A program made the position numbers and the translations under genes. 64,000 nt of DNA from Longimicrobiales bacterium. GTDB lineage: Bacteria; Gemmatimonadota; Gemmatimonadetes; Longimicrobiales; Gaopeijiaceae. The DNA is taken from the NCBI GenBank assembly GCA_963664435.2, contig CAXXKM010000002.1, forward strand, positions 480,001 through 544,000, in the 5' to 3' direction. Each line of letters starts with the position of its first letter. Within the stretch, counting starts at the first letter, position 1. Under the pieces are notes generated by a model that worked only from the letters and a program-made list of their open reading frames with translations, did not search any database and was not told the DNA's origin. Positions 51,627 through 60,957 of the stretch are shown in pieces.

Positions 51627-52217
51627 TTACTCGGGGCCCGGTTCGCCCATGGCGCGGCTGACCACGGATGAGCCCCAACGCCGCGCCCAACGTAGCGCCA
51701 CGCTTGCGGTGACGGCCATCGTGGCGGCCAGCACGTTGAACAGAATGTCGACGGGGTCGAAGACCCGGCTGGGGATAAGCCTCTGGATCCCCTCGTCGAT
51801 GAGGCCGACCAGGGAAGCCGCCACGATCGCGAGCAGCGGCGGCACGGGGACCCGGCGGCCCTGTCTGGCGCGCTCCGTCAGCGCCTCATGGATGAAGACG
51901 GCGACCACGCCGTACTCCACCAGGTGGGAGCGCTCCGTCGGCACCGACATGCGCACGATGATCAGCAGGTACGCCGCCGCGACGCCCAGGGCGACCGCGA
52001 TCTCGGCGCCTCCCGGGCGGACCTTGAGCCCCTGCGTAATGACGGTCAACAGAACGAGAAGGCAACCGGCCAGGAAGAGCCACACCGAGACGAAGTCGTT
52101 GCCCAGATAGTCGACCAGCGTGCGTGCCAGGCCGAGCGTGGAGTAGATCGCGGCAACGACAACCGCCGTCCACAACCAGAGGCGACGTTCCCGCTTTGAA
52201 GAAAAAAGGGAGGGCAC
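51627..52217 (-). CDS. VanZ-family membrane protein
   Basis: ERSHLVEYG, DEGIQ..PSRVFDPVDI..N. Confidence 0.8.
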   Translation of the reverse strand: MPSLFSSKRERRLWLWTAVVVAAIYSTLGLARTLVDYLGNDFVSVWLFLAGCLLVLLTVITQGLKVRPGGAEIAVALGVAAAYLLIIVRMSVPTERSHLVEYGVVAVFIHEALTERARQGRRVPVPPLLAIVAASLVGLIDEGIQRLIPSRVFDPVDILFNVLAATMAVTASVALRWARRWGSSVVSRAMGEPGPE

Positions 52218-52226
52218 GCGAAACGC

Positions 52227-53582
52227 CTACATCACCGGCACCATCCCCGCCTGCGATACCAGGATCAGCAGAGCGCGCTGGATGCCGACGGGGCCGTTGT
52301 GGTTCATGAAGAACTCGGCGAGCGAGTGCGAGTTGCCGCCCGCGCCGCCGCCGCCGATGGTGACCGACGGGATGCCGAGGGAAATCGGCGTGTTGGAGTC
52401 GGTCGAGGAGCGACGGAGCGACGTGATGCCGCCCATGAGCTCGGTGGCCGCCAGCGCCCGCTGGATGAAAGGGTGATCCTCGGGGATCTCGCCGCTGGGC
52501 CGGTTGCCGATCATGGTGATCTCGAGGGTCAGCTCCTCGCCCCGGGCGCGCACCGCGTTGGCTTCCTCGAGCCCGCGCCGCATCGCCGCCTGGAAGACCG
52601 CGTCGATCTCCAGCAGCGCCTCGGGGCTCTCCGAGCGCATGTCGATCTCCATCCAGGCCTCGAAGGGGATCGAGTTCACGGAAGTGCCGCCTCCCACGGT
52701 GCCGACGTTGTAGCTGGTGCGCTGGGCCGCGTCGTCGGTGTAGCGCTTTGCCTCGGCGTCGAAGGCGGCCACGGCGCGCCCCAGGGCGTGGATGGGGTTG
52801 CCGAGCCCGAACGCTCCCCAGGAGTGCCCGCCCGGTCCCTTGAAGGCGACCCGGTAGCGGTGCGAGCCGAGGCCGGCGTTGGTCACCCCGCTGTGCCCGA
52901 GCCCGTCGATGGAGATGAACGCGCTGAAGTCGGGCGAGCCCTCGCGGAAAAGGTGCTTGACCCCGCGAAGATCGCCGGTGCCTTCCTCGCCCACCGTGCC
53001 CACGAACCAGATGTCCTGCTCGGTCTGGATGTCGGCGGCGTTCATGGCGCGCAGCACCGCGAGCACGGCCACCAGGCCGCGGGTGTCGTCGGCGATGCCG
53101 GGCGCGAACAGGGTGTCGCCGTTCTCGCGGATGGTCACATCGGTGCCCTCGGGGAAAACCGTGTCCAGGTGCCCGGAGAAGATCATCGTCCCGGTGCCAT
53201 TGCCGCGCCGCAGTCCGATGACGTTGCCCTCCGCGTCGGCCCAGACGGAGTCGACCCCCGACTCCTGAAGCAGCTCCATAAAGCGTTGTCCGCGCACCTC
53301 TTCCATGAAGGGCGGCGCGGGAATCTGGGTCAGTTCCCGCAGGGTGGCGATAGTCCAGGGGTCGTTCTCCTCGATGTGACGGAAGGCGGCCTGGACGGAG
53401 GGATGTTCCATGAGGGCGCGCACCTCAGCTGCCGCGTCGAACCCCGGCGCCTGGGCTGATGCGGGAGACGGCACACCGGCGAGGAGGGCGACCGCGACGA
53501 GGACGGCGCCGGGAAACGAGGCGGCGAGCGGCGACGGCGGGGTCGGCGGGGACGGGGCGGGATGGAAAGCGGGACGGCTCAT
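52227..53582 (-). CDS. M20/M25/M40 metallopeptidase
   Basis: GHLDTVF, PGIADD, GEEG, GGHSW, STDSN. Confidence 0.92.
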   Translation of the reverse strand: MSRPAFHPAPSPPTPPSPLAASFPGAVLVAVALLAGVPSPASAQAPGFDAAAEVRALMEHPSVQAAFRHIEENDPWTIATLRELTQIPAPPFMEEVRGQRFMELLQESGVDSVWADAEGNVIGLRRGNGTGTMIFSGHLDTVFPEGTDVTIRENGDTLFAPGIADDTRGLVAVLAVLRAMNAADIQTEQDIWFVGTVGEEGTGDLRGVKHLFREGSPDFSAFISIDGLGHSGVTNAGLGSHRYRVAFKGPGGHSWGAFGLGNPIHALGRAVAAFDAEAKRYTDDAAQRTSYNVGTVGGGTSVNSIPFEAWMEIDMRSESPEALLEIDAVFQAAMRRGLEEANAVRARGEELTLEITMIGNRPSGEIPEDHPFIQRALAATELMGGITSLRRSSTDSNTPISLGIPSVTIGGGGAGGNSHSLAEFFMNHNGPVGIQRALLILVSQAGMVPVM

Positions 53583-53637
53583 GGATCTCTCGGTATCGGT
53601 TCGTGCGCCAGGCGTCGGGCCGAGCCGACGCCCCGGA

Positions 53638-53673
53638 ATACGTAAAATACGTAATTTGCGTAAAATGCGTAAA
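53638..53673. repeat. AT-rich 9-bp tandem repeat, 4 copies
   Basis: ATACGTAAA ATACGTAAT TTGCGTAAA ATGCGTAAA. Confidence 0.8.
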
Positions 53674-53679
53674 ACACCC

Positions 53680-54147
53680 TCACCAGCGGGGAAACAGCCA
53701 GGAGAGCGCCTCTCCGATTTCCGGGTGGCGGATGGCGCCCCCGAGGTGCCCGGTCCAAGCCAGAACGTAGCTCAGGAGCAGGGTGCCAACCACCACGATT
53801 CCGTGCAGCCAGCGGGGCACCGGCTCCTCCTGCATCTCGCGCAGCGTCATCTGGAGCGCGGTCAACGCCAGCAGCACGAGGCCGAAGAAGGCCGCCCTGC
53901 CCAGCACGGCGTGCAGCTCCACCAGATCGCGCATCGGAGCCAGCTCGGTTTCCATCGCCTCGAAGGCGGTCGGACCGGAGAAGTAGGCGGGCACGCTTAC
54001 GACCGCAGAGGCTACCAGCAACCAGCGGCCGATGCGCGCGGAAGGGGTGTCGTGGCGCAACCGCGCGCAAAGGAAGAGCACGAGCGCGAGCGGGCACAGG
54101 ATGACCGGCAGGTGCACGGTGACCAAGTGGAGGTGGGCGGCGCTCAC
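53680..54147 (-). CDS. DUF2231-like membrane protein
   Basis: HLVTVHLP, conserved H, GHLGGAIRH; 4 predicted TM segments. Confidence 0.65.
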   Translation of the reverse strand: MSAAHLHLVTVHLPVILCPLALVLFLCARLRHDTPSARIGRWLLVASAVVSVPAYFSGPTAFEAMETELAPMRDLVELHAVLGRAAFFGLVLLALTALQMTLREMQEEPVPRWLHGIVVVGTLLLSYVLAWTGHLGGAIRHPEIGEALSWLFPRW

Positions 54148-54160
54148 GACCGCACCAAGT

Positions 54161-55069
54161 CTAGTTGCGGCCGGTCCCGACGGCCTCCGCCGCGGGAACG
54201 CCCGCGTCGACCGCTTCGAAGTCCAGCTCGCTGCCGCGCATGCTGTGCGGAATGAGGTAGACGACCGTCATGACGAGCGCGGCGACACCCACGGTCACGC
54301 GGCCCGGTCCGGCCTTCCGCTTCGGTTTCATCCCCAGCGCAAACGCCGCGGCGACCCACACCACCCACATGATGAGCAGCTTGTTGTCGGTCAGGTCGTA
54401 GCCCCAGGGGAAGCCGGTCCAGTACTCGCCGAAGGCGTACTTCTGGACGAACGGGCCCAGCACCAGGCCACCCACGGTCATCCCGATCAGGGTCACCCAG
54501 ACCAGGGTGCGGACGTTTCCGGGAGCAAAGAGCGCTCCCAGCCCCGTGCGCATGCCGATCAGCACGGTGAAGAACATCGCGATGACATGCGAGATCAGGA
54601 GCGGGGCGGGTACCGGATCCTTGTAGCGCAGGATGATGTTGGCGTCCCCGCCCTGCTCGGCCGGAATGCGCACCGCGCCGTCGGCGGTCTCCAGCTCCAC
54701 GTAGTACTCCATCTTGCCGGCCGCCGGCTGGACCGGCAGGTACGCCGCCAGCTCGGGACCATCCTCCCCCTCCTCCACCGCCATCTCCACCGTTGTGAAG
54801 TCGTCGCCGGTGGGGTAGCGCCGGTAGGTCATCGTGCCGCTGGCGCCCGCGCCCGGCCGGGGCAACGCTACCCGCGCACGCTCGATGGTCTCCTGGCTGC
54901 GCACCAGCTCGTAGCGGTACGCGTCGGCGCCCACCGCCACCTCGCCGCGCAGCGGATAGGTGGGCCCGGTGCGGCGCTGGTAGATCGCGGCTCCCGCCAT
55001 GATCAGCACCGCGCCGACCCAGAGCAGGGCGCCGCGCCAGCGGGAATGTCGGGCTTTATCCATCAGCAT
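54161..55069 (-). CDS. Hypothetical membrane protein
   Basis: YQRRTGPTYP, QKYAFG.YWTGFP.G.DLTDNK; several TM segments. Confidence 0.75.
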   Translation of the reverse strand: MLMDKARHSRWRGALLWVGAVLIMAGAAIYQRRTGPTYPLRGEVAVGADAYRYELVRSQETIERARVALPRPGAGASGTMTYRRYPTGDDFTTVEMAVEEGEDGPELAAYLPVQPAAGKMEYYVELETADGAVRIPAEQGGDANIILRYKDPVPAPLLISHVIAMFFTVLIGMRTGLGALFAPGNVRTLVWVTLIGMTVGGLVLGPFVQKYAFGEYWTGFPWGYDLTDNKLLIMWVVWVAAAFALGMKPKRKAGPGRVTVGVAALVMTVVYLIPHSMRGSELDFEAVDAGVPAAEAVGTGRN

Positions 55070-55070
55070 C

Positions 55071-55634
55071 TCACTCCGGCCACAGCCACCCGAAGGCGCC
55101 GCCCGTCAGCACGGCGTAGATCAGGCCGTCGAACATCGTCTTGAACGTGGTCGACCAGCTTCTGTGGAACCAGATGGAATGTATCGGCTCCCCGAGCGCG
55201 TAGCAGCAGAAGGTTACGGTGCCGGCAAGGCGGAAGACGGTCAGGTACTCGGCGCCCGGCGCGAGCATGCGGCCGGTCACGTAGGCCACGACCACCCCGA
55301 TCACGACGCAGTAGACGAACCACTGCCCGAGACTCCTGCCCATGCTGCTGAACGCGCCCGGATCCGCCACCGTCATGAAGGCGGCGGGTCCTTTCTTCAG
55401 CTTCGCCTGGTAGGCCTCGGATTTCATGGCCTCGGCGCTGTCCGCGTGCGGGATGAAGTAGTCACCCGGAGCGAGGTTGGCGGGCTGCAGCGCATCCAGC
55501 ACTTCGTCCTCGGCGTCGACCTTCGAGTAGTCGCTCTTGTGGTAGCCCAGGACCATGTGGATGATCGAGCTGCCGAAGAACACGAGGACGGCGGCGAGGA
55601 GAATCGGAAGCCAGAGGGCGAGAATGGGGACCAT
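55071..55634 (-). CDS. Hypothetical membrane protein
   Basis: GGAGG RBS; several TM segments; ends FGWLWP. Confidence 0.75.
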   Translation of the reverse strand: MVPILALWLPILLAAVLVFFGSSIIHMVLGYHKSDYSKVDAEDEVLDALQPANLAPGDYFIPHADSAEAMKSEAYQAKLKKGPAAFMTVADPGAFSSMGRSLGQWFVYCVVIGVVVAYVTGRMLAPGAEYLTVFRLAGTVTFCCYALGEPIHSIWFHRSWSTTFKTMFDGLIYAVLTGGAFGWLWPE

Positions 55635-55806
55635 CTAACCTCCCAGGTCGGACTGCCAGGCAACGGAAACGGAAAATAAACCCGGCGCTCCCCGTCCGCC
55701 AAACCGGCGCCTGCGGCAACCCGGAGACCGGTCGCCCGCCGAGAAAGGCTGCCGGATGTCATCCGAGCGGTCGCCGAGCGGTCTCGCTCGCGCGCCCGGA
55801 GCCCGT

Positions 55807-57186
55807 TCAGCCGCCCTCAGCCTGGATCTCCGCCGCCACCCGCTGCACGTCGTCCAGCACGCGCAGAAGATTGCCGCTCCAGAGCATGCCGATCTCCTCC
55901 TCGGTGTAGCCGCGCCGGACCAGTTCCAGGGTGACGTTGAAGGTCTCCGAGGCGTCGTCCCACCCGGTGACGCCCCCGCCTCCGTCGAAGTCGGAGCTGA
56001 TGCCCACGTGCTCGAGCCCGATCAGGCCGACCATGTAGTCGATGTGGTCCACGAAGTCGGCGACATCGACCGGCGGCGTCACCGGCGCGACCTCCACGGC
56101 AATGCGCTCCGCCGCCGCGTCCTGGACCATGCGGAGTCCGGCCTGGTACTCCTCGCGCTCCTCCGGGCTCATCGCCTGCAGCGCCATGAAGAAGGCGCGC
56201 CCCCGGCCTCCGCCGATGATCTCGAAGTCCATCTCCTCGGCGACTTCCGCGAGGACCATCTGGGAGGCCTGCTGGTACGCCTGGTTCTTGGGCCCGTCCA
56301 CGTAGCCGCGGAAGGCCACGGTCTGGACCACGCCCCCGTTCTCCCGGAGCGCCATCAGCTGCTCATCGTCCAGGTTGCGGCTGTGGTCGTTGAGCGCGCG
56401 CGCCGAGGAATGCGAGGCCATCACCGGGGCCCGGCTCAGCTCGAACACCTCCATGTTGGCCTGCTTGGAGGGGTGCGAGATGTCGATCATGATGCCGACC
56501 CGGTTGAGTTCGGCCACCGCCTGCCGGCCCAGCTCGCTCAGCCCGTCGTGCAGCCAGTCGTCCAGCGCCTCGCCGGTGTTGGAGTCGGAGAGCTGGCTGT
56601 GCCCGTTGTGGGCGAGCGACAGGTAGCGCGCGCCCCTCTCCTGGAATTCCTGGATGCGGCCGATATCCTCCCCGATCGGGTATCCGTTTTCGACCCCGAT
56701 CATCGCCACGCTGCGCCCCTCGCCCGCGATGCGGCGCACGTCGTCGGAGGTGAGGGCCAGCCCGATCCGCTCGGGGGCGATCTCCTCGGTGAGGCGGTGA
56801 ACGGCGTCGAACTTGGCGACCGCCTGGTCGTAGGCTTCGGCGTACCCCTCCGGGCTCAGGTCGCCCTGCCCCACGTAGACGATGAACCACGCCACGTCCA
56901 GCCCGCCCGCTTCCATCTTGGGCAGGTTCACCTGGGTGGGCAGATCCATGGTGTAGTTGCGCTCGGCGGTGAAGTTGCCCGGATTGATGTCGGCGTGCGT
57001 GTCCAGAGTGATGACCCGCTCGTGGATGCCGCGGGCGCGTTCCATCAGCTCCGCGTCGGCTTCCGGCGCAGGCGCGTCGGCGTTGGCGCACGCGGTCAGG
57101 CCCAGCAGCAGAACGGCGGGAATCGCGTCGCGCGCGAAGTGAATGACGCTCTTCGGCGTGTGCCCTGTTGTGTGCCCTTCATGCAT
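55807..57186 (-). CDS. Membrane dipeptidase (M19) lipoprotein
   Basis: DTHAD, GVENG, IDISH, ASHS, GISSDFDG; start approximate. Confidence 0.92.
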   Translation of the reverse strand: MHEGHTTGHTPKSVIHFARDAIPAVLLLGLTACANADAPAPEADAELMERARGIHERVITLDTHADINPGNFTAERNYTMDLPTQVNLPKMEAGGLDVAWFIVYVGQGDLSPEGYAEAYDQAVAKFDAVHRLTEEIAPERIGLALTSDDVRRIAGEGRSVAMIGVENGYPIGEDIGRIQEFQERGARYLSLAHNGHSQLSDSNTGEALDDWLHDGLSELGRQAVAELNRVGIMIDISHPSKQANMEVFELSRAPVMASHSSARALNDHSRNLDDEQLMALRENGGVVQTVAFRGYVDGPKNQAYQQASQMVLAEVAEEMDFEIIGGGRGRAFFMALQAMSPEEREEYQAGLRMVQDAAAERIAVEVAPVTPPVDVADFVDHIDYMVGLIGLEHVGISSDFDGGGGVTGWDDASETFNVTLELVRRGYTEEEIGMLWSGNLLRVLDDVQRVAAEIQAEGG

Positions 57187-57273
57187 CGGTGCCTCCCCTG
57201 GCCGGCCGGATCTGGATGCCCGCCAAGTTAGCACGCGCGGGGGCGCCTCGCTCGCAAGCGCCTCCCTGGAGCC

Positions 57274-59874
57274 CTACGGATCCGGCTCGGAAATGCGCGC
57301 CACGATCACCCGGGCGGAGCTCGGAATGTCGTAGTAGAACGCGGCCCCGTTCCCGGCGCCGCGCGCGCGGAAATCGTGGATGCGGACGCCGCTGGCGCCC
57401 AGCCGGCCGCTGAAGGTGCGCGTTTCCGAAGTCGCCAGGGGCACGGCGATCGGCGCGAAGCCGTTGTCGGTGTCTTCCCCGACGGTGGTGACCGGCCAGG
57501 GGTAGAAGCCCGGCGGGTCGGGCTCACTGAAGACCTCCGCGGCGGTCGGAAAGTCGTAGGTGGTGAAGTGCGGCACACCGGCGCCCGCCACGCTCTCGCT
57601 GCCGGCAAAGGTCATGGCGACCGCGTGCTCGACGAGCAGCTCCTCCATCGGCCTGCCGGTGACGGCTTCGATGCCCGGGACCCCGGACGCGGTGAGCGAG
57701 TCATTGAGCACGCGCATGAAGCGCTCATCCGTCCCCGAGCCGCCGGTCCCCACCACCCAGTCGCGAAGGAAGCGATGGAAATGCCAGCCCGACCCGTACA
57801 CATCCCCCACCTCTCCATCTCCGTAATGGAAGGTCACCGCGCTCGAATCCGGCGCGAACGCCCACACCGTGCGCGCCATCGTGATGAAGACACCGTAGGC
57901 CTCGGCTCTGGCCGTGCCCCCCGTGGCTCGAATCGCTGAACGCAGATGGTCTGCCGTTACGCGATCGCTCATTGCGGGACCGCCCGCACGCTGCCAGGCC
58001 AGGCGCGACGACACCTCCTTGGCAATGTCGGCCGTGCCCTCCTCGATCCACAGGGGCTGGAACCCCGAGGAACCCCTTCTTCTGCGGGATGCCTTGTACA
58101 GCGAGCTCACGTGCTTCATCTCGTGTACGATCGTGCCGAGCGCCCAGTAGTCACCGCCGCCGATGTCAGCGATGCTCTCGCCGTCGACGTGGATCAGCTC
58201 CATTTCGTTCGACGCCGGACATGAGGTCCGCGAAAGCGTCATGTCGGCGGACCACACGTAGGCCCGGGTATTGCCGGGCAGTTCGGGACGGATGAGGACG
58301 TTAACGATGCCGTCTCCGTTCACGTCGCTCACGCCCGCGAAATAGCGTTGAATCACCTCTTCCCCGTAGTCGGCGTAGTAGTCGAGGATCTGCCGGACAT
58401 GATCGGGCGAAACGGATGTCTGGTATTCGTAGAAGGCGAGGTATCGGTTCTCGGCGACCAGCCTGGCGGTTACGGTGGAGTCGACGGTGCAGCTGCCGCC
58501 GAACGCGTCGCCGAGCCGGAAGGCCAGTTCCTCCGGCGCCCGCCCCCCCGCGGCCCCGCCACCAGCTGCCCGCGCCACCTGTTGCGAGAGGTCCGGGAGG
58601 ATGGGGAGAGGTCCTTCCGCCGACAGGCGCTCCATGAGCTCGACCTCGCTCCGGCGGAGGCGCGCGTGGGCCTCGGCGTAGTCGCGCTCGCGTTCGAGCA
58701 GGTCCTCCAGCCAGGGTCCCCCGATTGAGGTCGCCTCCTGCGGCGTACCCCGTGCGGGCGCCTGCGCGCTCGCCACCACCGCTGCGGACGGAGCTGTGAA
58801 GCTTCCCTCAACGCCGAGTTCCACGTCGTAGACGCGCGGATTCTCCGGCGTCTCCGTTCCCACCATGGTTACCCGGTAGTAGGCGCCGGCCCGCGGAGCG
58901 TGCACGAAGAAGCCGCACGCTCCGCGCTCGCCGGCCTCGAAGACCTGGTAGTCCCCTTCCTCGAGGCCCAGCGCACCCTCGCAAACTCGCAGGGACAGCG
59001 CCGCGTTCGCCCGTCTCCCCTGGGCATTGGTCACGGTGACGCGGAACTGCGTGAAGCCTGTGGCGGTCGGAGTCCCGGTGATCAGCCCGTTGCTCGTGAA
59101 GGCGAGCCCTTCGGGGAGACGCGTTCCCCCTTCGAGGCTCCACACGAGACCCTCGGTCGTGCCGCCGCGCGCGGTCAGCTGCTGCGCATAGGGGATGGCG
59201 ACGCGGCCGGTCTGCAGCGACTCGGTTGCGATGAAGAGGTCGGCGGCGCCCACAAAGTCGTGCTCGAGGCGCTGCCCCGTGGACAGGGTCCGGGTGAAGC
59301 TGGTCGCATCGAAGGCGAACCCCCCCGTGGTCGCCAGCGATACCGTGTACTCCCCCGGCCGAAGCGCCACGAACTCGTAGCGGCCAGCGGCGTCCGTCGT
59401 GTCCGCGGACTCCTCCAGGCCGGTCATGCGAAGCGCGATGCCTCCCACCGGTTCCGGCTGACTGCCCTGGGTCACGGCCAGCACCCTGCCCATGATGGCC
59501 GAGGTGCGCAGATACTCGCCCGGGAAGTCGGCGCGCAGCTGCTGCCCGGCGGACGAGATGGTGACGGACGCGGTCGTCCGCGAGAAGGTCACGTCGTTGG
59601 GGATCCCGCTCGCCAGCGTGACGGTGTGCGAACCCGCGGGCACGGAGACGAACTGGAAGCCGCCGTCCGCGCCCGTCGCGGTCGACTGGGCGGTCCCGCC
59701 GCTCAGCGACACCAGCACGCCCGGAAGCGGCGCGCCTTCGACCGTGACCTGGCCAATGACCGTGCCGGTCACAGGGGATGGCGGCGGGGCCGGATCGACC
59801 GTGCCGCCGTCTCCGCCGCAAGTCGCGGCGGACAGCCCGGCAAGCATCGCCGCCGGAAACCCTCGCAGTGTCAT
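57274..59874 (-). CDS. Surface lipoprotein: carboxypeptidase-regulatory-like/Ig repeats plus zinc metallopeptidase-like domain
   Basis: Lipobox-like AATC; ATGADGGF and DAAGRYEF repeats; LPEGL..G.ITGTPT; HEMKH..WIEEGTA. Confidence 0.75.
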   Translation of the reverse strand: MTLRGFPAAMLAGLSAATCGGDGGTVDPAPPPSPVTGTVIGQVTVEGAPLPGVLVSLSGGTAQSTATGADGGFQFVSVPAGSHTVTLASGIPNDVTFSRTTASVTISSAGQQLRADFPGEYLRTSAIMGRVLAVTQGSQPEPVGGIALRMTGLEESADTTDAAGRYEFVALRPGEYTVSLATTGGFAFDATSFTRTLSTGQRLEHDFVGAADLFIATESLQTGRVAIPYAQQLTARGGTTEGLVWSLEGGTRLPEGLAFTSNGLITGTPTATGFTQFRVTVTNAQGRRANAALSLRVCEGALGLEEGDYQVFEAGERGACGFFVHAPRAGAYYRVTMVGTETPENPRVYDVELGVEGSFTAPSAAVVASAQAPARGTPQEATSIGGPWLEDLLERERDYAEAHARLRRSEVELMERLSAEGPLPILPDLSQQVARAAGGGAAGGRAPEELAFRLGDAFGGSCTVDSTVTARLVAENRYLAFYEYQTSVSPDHVRQILDYYADYGEEVIQRYFAGVSDVNGDGIVNVLIRPELPGNTRAYVWSADMTLSRTSCPASNEMELIHVDGESIADIGGGDYWALGTIVHEMKHVSSLYKASRRRRGSSGFQPLWIEEGTADIAKEVSSRLAWQRAGGPAMSDRVTADHLRSAIRATGGTARAEAYGVFITMARTVWAFAPDSSAVTFHYGDGEVGDVYGSGWHFHRFLRDWVVGTGGSGTDERFMRVLNDSLTASGVPGIEAVTGRPMEELLVEHAVAMTFAGSESVAGAGVPHFTTYDFPTAAEVFSEPDPPGFYPWPVTTVGEDTDNGFAPIAVPLATSETRTFSGRLGASGVRIHDFRARGAGNGAAFYYDIPSSARVIVARISEPDP

Positions 59875-60012
59875 CAAGTGTATCTCCGAATGACGGCTTG
59901 CCTGCAGAGTGTGGAATACGTGACGAAAGCGGCGCTCCCGCCCATTCGTTCTTACCTCAAGGTACTCATTCGTGCCCCGGCGCGCGCGCGGATCCGGGAA
60001 TGGGAGCGGCCG

Positions 60013-60957
60013 TCAGGCCCACCCCGTCCGAGTGGCCGACTCGGTCACCGTGAGGGTGGCCGAATCCGCGTCCAGGCGCGCGTTGGCGAGCACGGGGATG
60101 GTGCAGTTGTGCTCGGTATGGCCGAAGGGAAGGCCGGCAACCGCGGGCACGCCGAGTCGCACGGCCAACTCGGCGAGCACGGCGGCCATGTGGCCCGCCC
60201 CCTCGCGCACTCCGGTGAACCGGCCGAAGGCGAGCCCCGCGACGCCGTCGAAGGCACCGGCCCGAAGGAGTTGGTGCAGCATCCGGTCCACTCGGTAGGC
60301 GGGCTCGCCCACGTCTTCCAGAAACAGGATGCGGCCGCGGGCGAGGATGGCGTCCCGCGATCCGCACAGCGACGCCAGGATCGCGAGGTTGCCGCCGATC
60401 AGCCTCCCCTTCGCGGTCCCGCCGACAAGCCGGTGGGGAGCGGGGTCGTCGGGCCGGGACGGCAGCCGCCCGGAAGCTTCGCCGGAGAAGAGCGCGGCGC
60501 GGAAGGAAGCCTCGGTTTCCGGGGGAAAGTCGGCCCCGGGATGCGGCCCGTGGAAGGAGATGACACCCGCGCGGGCATGCAGGGCATGGAGGTTGGTATT
60601 GTCGCTGAAGCCGATGAAGGGAATGGGCGCGCGACGCTGACGGGCGAGATCCAGCCCGTCGAGGATGCGCAGCGTCCCGTACCCGCCCCGGAGCGCCCAC
60701 ACCGCGTCGGTCGCCGGGTCGTCGAAGGCTGCCTGCAGGTCCGCGAGGCGCTCGTCGTCGCTTCCCGCCAGGTAGCCCCGCCGGCGGGTCGCCGCCGGAT
60801 ACACGATCGGTTCCAGGTCGAGCTTCCGGCAGCGTTCGAGAGCCTTGTCGAGGACACCGGGCTGGAGCGGTCCCGCGGGAGCCACCAGCGCCACGCGCGA
60901 GCCGGGGCGAAGCGCCCGCGGCCGGAGCGGAGGGGGGGCGGAGTCGCGGAAGGTCAT
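60013..60957 (-). CDS. ldcA: LD-carboxypeptidase (S66)
   Basis: RGGYG, GFSDNT, GGNL, LEDVGE, FGH. Confidence 0.9.
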   Translation of the reverse strand: MTFRDSAPPPLRPRALRPGSRVALVAPAGPLQPGVLDKALERCRKLDLEPIVYPAATRRRGYLAGSDDERLADLQAAFDDPATDAVWALRGGYGTLRILDGLDLARQRRAPIPFIGFSDNTNLHALHARAGVISFHGPHPGADFPPETEASFRAALFSGEASGRLPSRPDDPAPHRLVGGTAKGRLIGGNLAILASLCGSRDAILARGRILFLEDVGEPAYRVDRMLHQLLRAGAFDGVAGLAFGRFTGVREGAGHMAAVLAELAVRLGVPAVAGLPFGHTEHNCTIPVLANARLDADSATLTVTESATRTGWA

